From Takakia lepidozioides (taxonomy: Eukaryota > Plantae > Bryophyta): a DNA stretch of 64,000 nucleotides. The stretch lies in assembly GCA_030704615.1 (NCBI GenBank), contig CM060732.1, positions 74,896,001 to 74,960,000 on the forward strand, read 5' to 3'. How positions within the stretch are numbered: the stretch's first letter is position 1; each line of letters opens with the position of its first letter. This document shows positions 63,434 to 64,000 of the stretch, piece by piece. The translations under genes and the position numbers were made by a program. The notes beneath the pieces are model-generated. The model did not search any database and was not told the DNA's origin. It worked only from the letters and a program-made list of their open reading frames with translations.

Positions 63434-64000
63434 CAAATTCAGGGAACAAAAACAGTCAGAGAAGCAGGTCACATTTTATTTGGAGACACAGATATTTGAA
63501 GTCGAAGGTCAATAACATATGGAGGAGTTAACTAGATGTGGTTAAAGATTTCCAGAATGATTTCCCAATGATTTCAAGACCACACTGTTCGTTCATAGTT
63601 CATACATAATGTTTTAGGGAGAGACACCAAAAGAGAAAACTCCATTCCAGGGTTAGCCAAGGTACAATAAGCTTGAAAGCCAAACACTGACTTCATGTGC
63701 ATGTGACTTTGCTAAGAAACATTTGGTAACACATGAAAAGTTTTCCAGCCACCAGTATAACCAAAGAGAATGACCCCATCAGTGTGACTCACCAAAATTG
63801 ACTACTCTGATATGTGAAATCTACACTTTCACAACATATTTTCGCAAGGGGAAATACGCCTCTTTCTTCTTCTGTTTCTCTGTTTTCAAAGAAGGCTGCA
63901 ACCATCTCAACCCATTCTTCGTTATGACGTGAAATAAGATATATTAAATGCTCAGCAGGGCCTTTGGAAAACAACTGCCATCACATAGAAAACTACTGCT

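Overview
Eukaryotic nuclear DNA from a non-seed land plant, most likely a bryophyte. This is inferred from GT/GC-AG introns, highly repetitive PLS-DYW PPR genes and a CRE-type LINE. Host genes: two PLS-DYW RNA-editing PPR genes (6.5-10.4 kb, minus; 32.9-36.0 kb, plus), a broken paralogue of the first (61.3-63.4 kb), a CID7-like PAM2/DUF1771/Smr gene, a multi-exon coiled-coil gene, an organic-cation-transporter pseudogene fragment and exportin-4. Mobile DNA: a Mutator/MULE-type element with large GGGTTACA arrays, an hAT MITE, a candidate piggyBac-like MITE, a CRE-like LINE fragment, a truncated Ty3/Gypsy element and a ~5 kb element bounded by inverted CCACGTCA motifs. Three observations stand out. 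(1) All three PPR loci carry OSB-type PDF (ssDNA-binding) motifs upstream of the PPR array, hidden across introns and spliced in frame in the two intact genes. (2) The ~5 kb element encodes a spliced, prokaryote-type beta-class N4/N6 DNA methyltransferase domain. (3) The Gypsy pol has a dUTPase-like domain between protease and RT. All gene models were derived by hand from the sequence; no searches were run.
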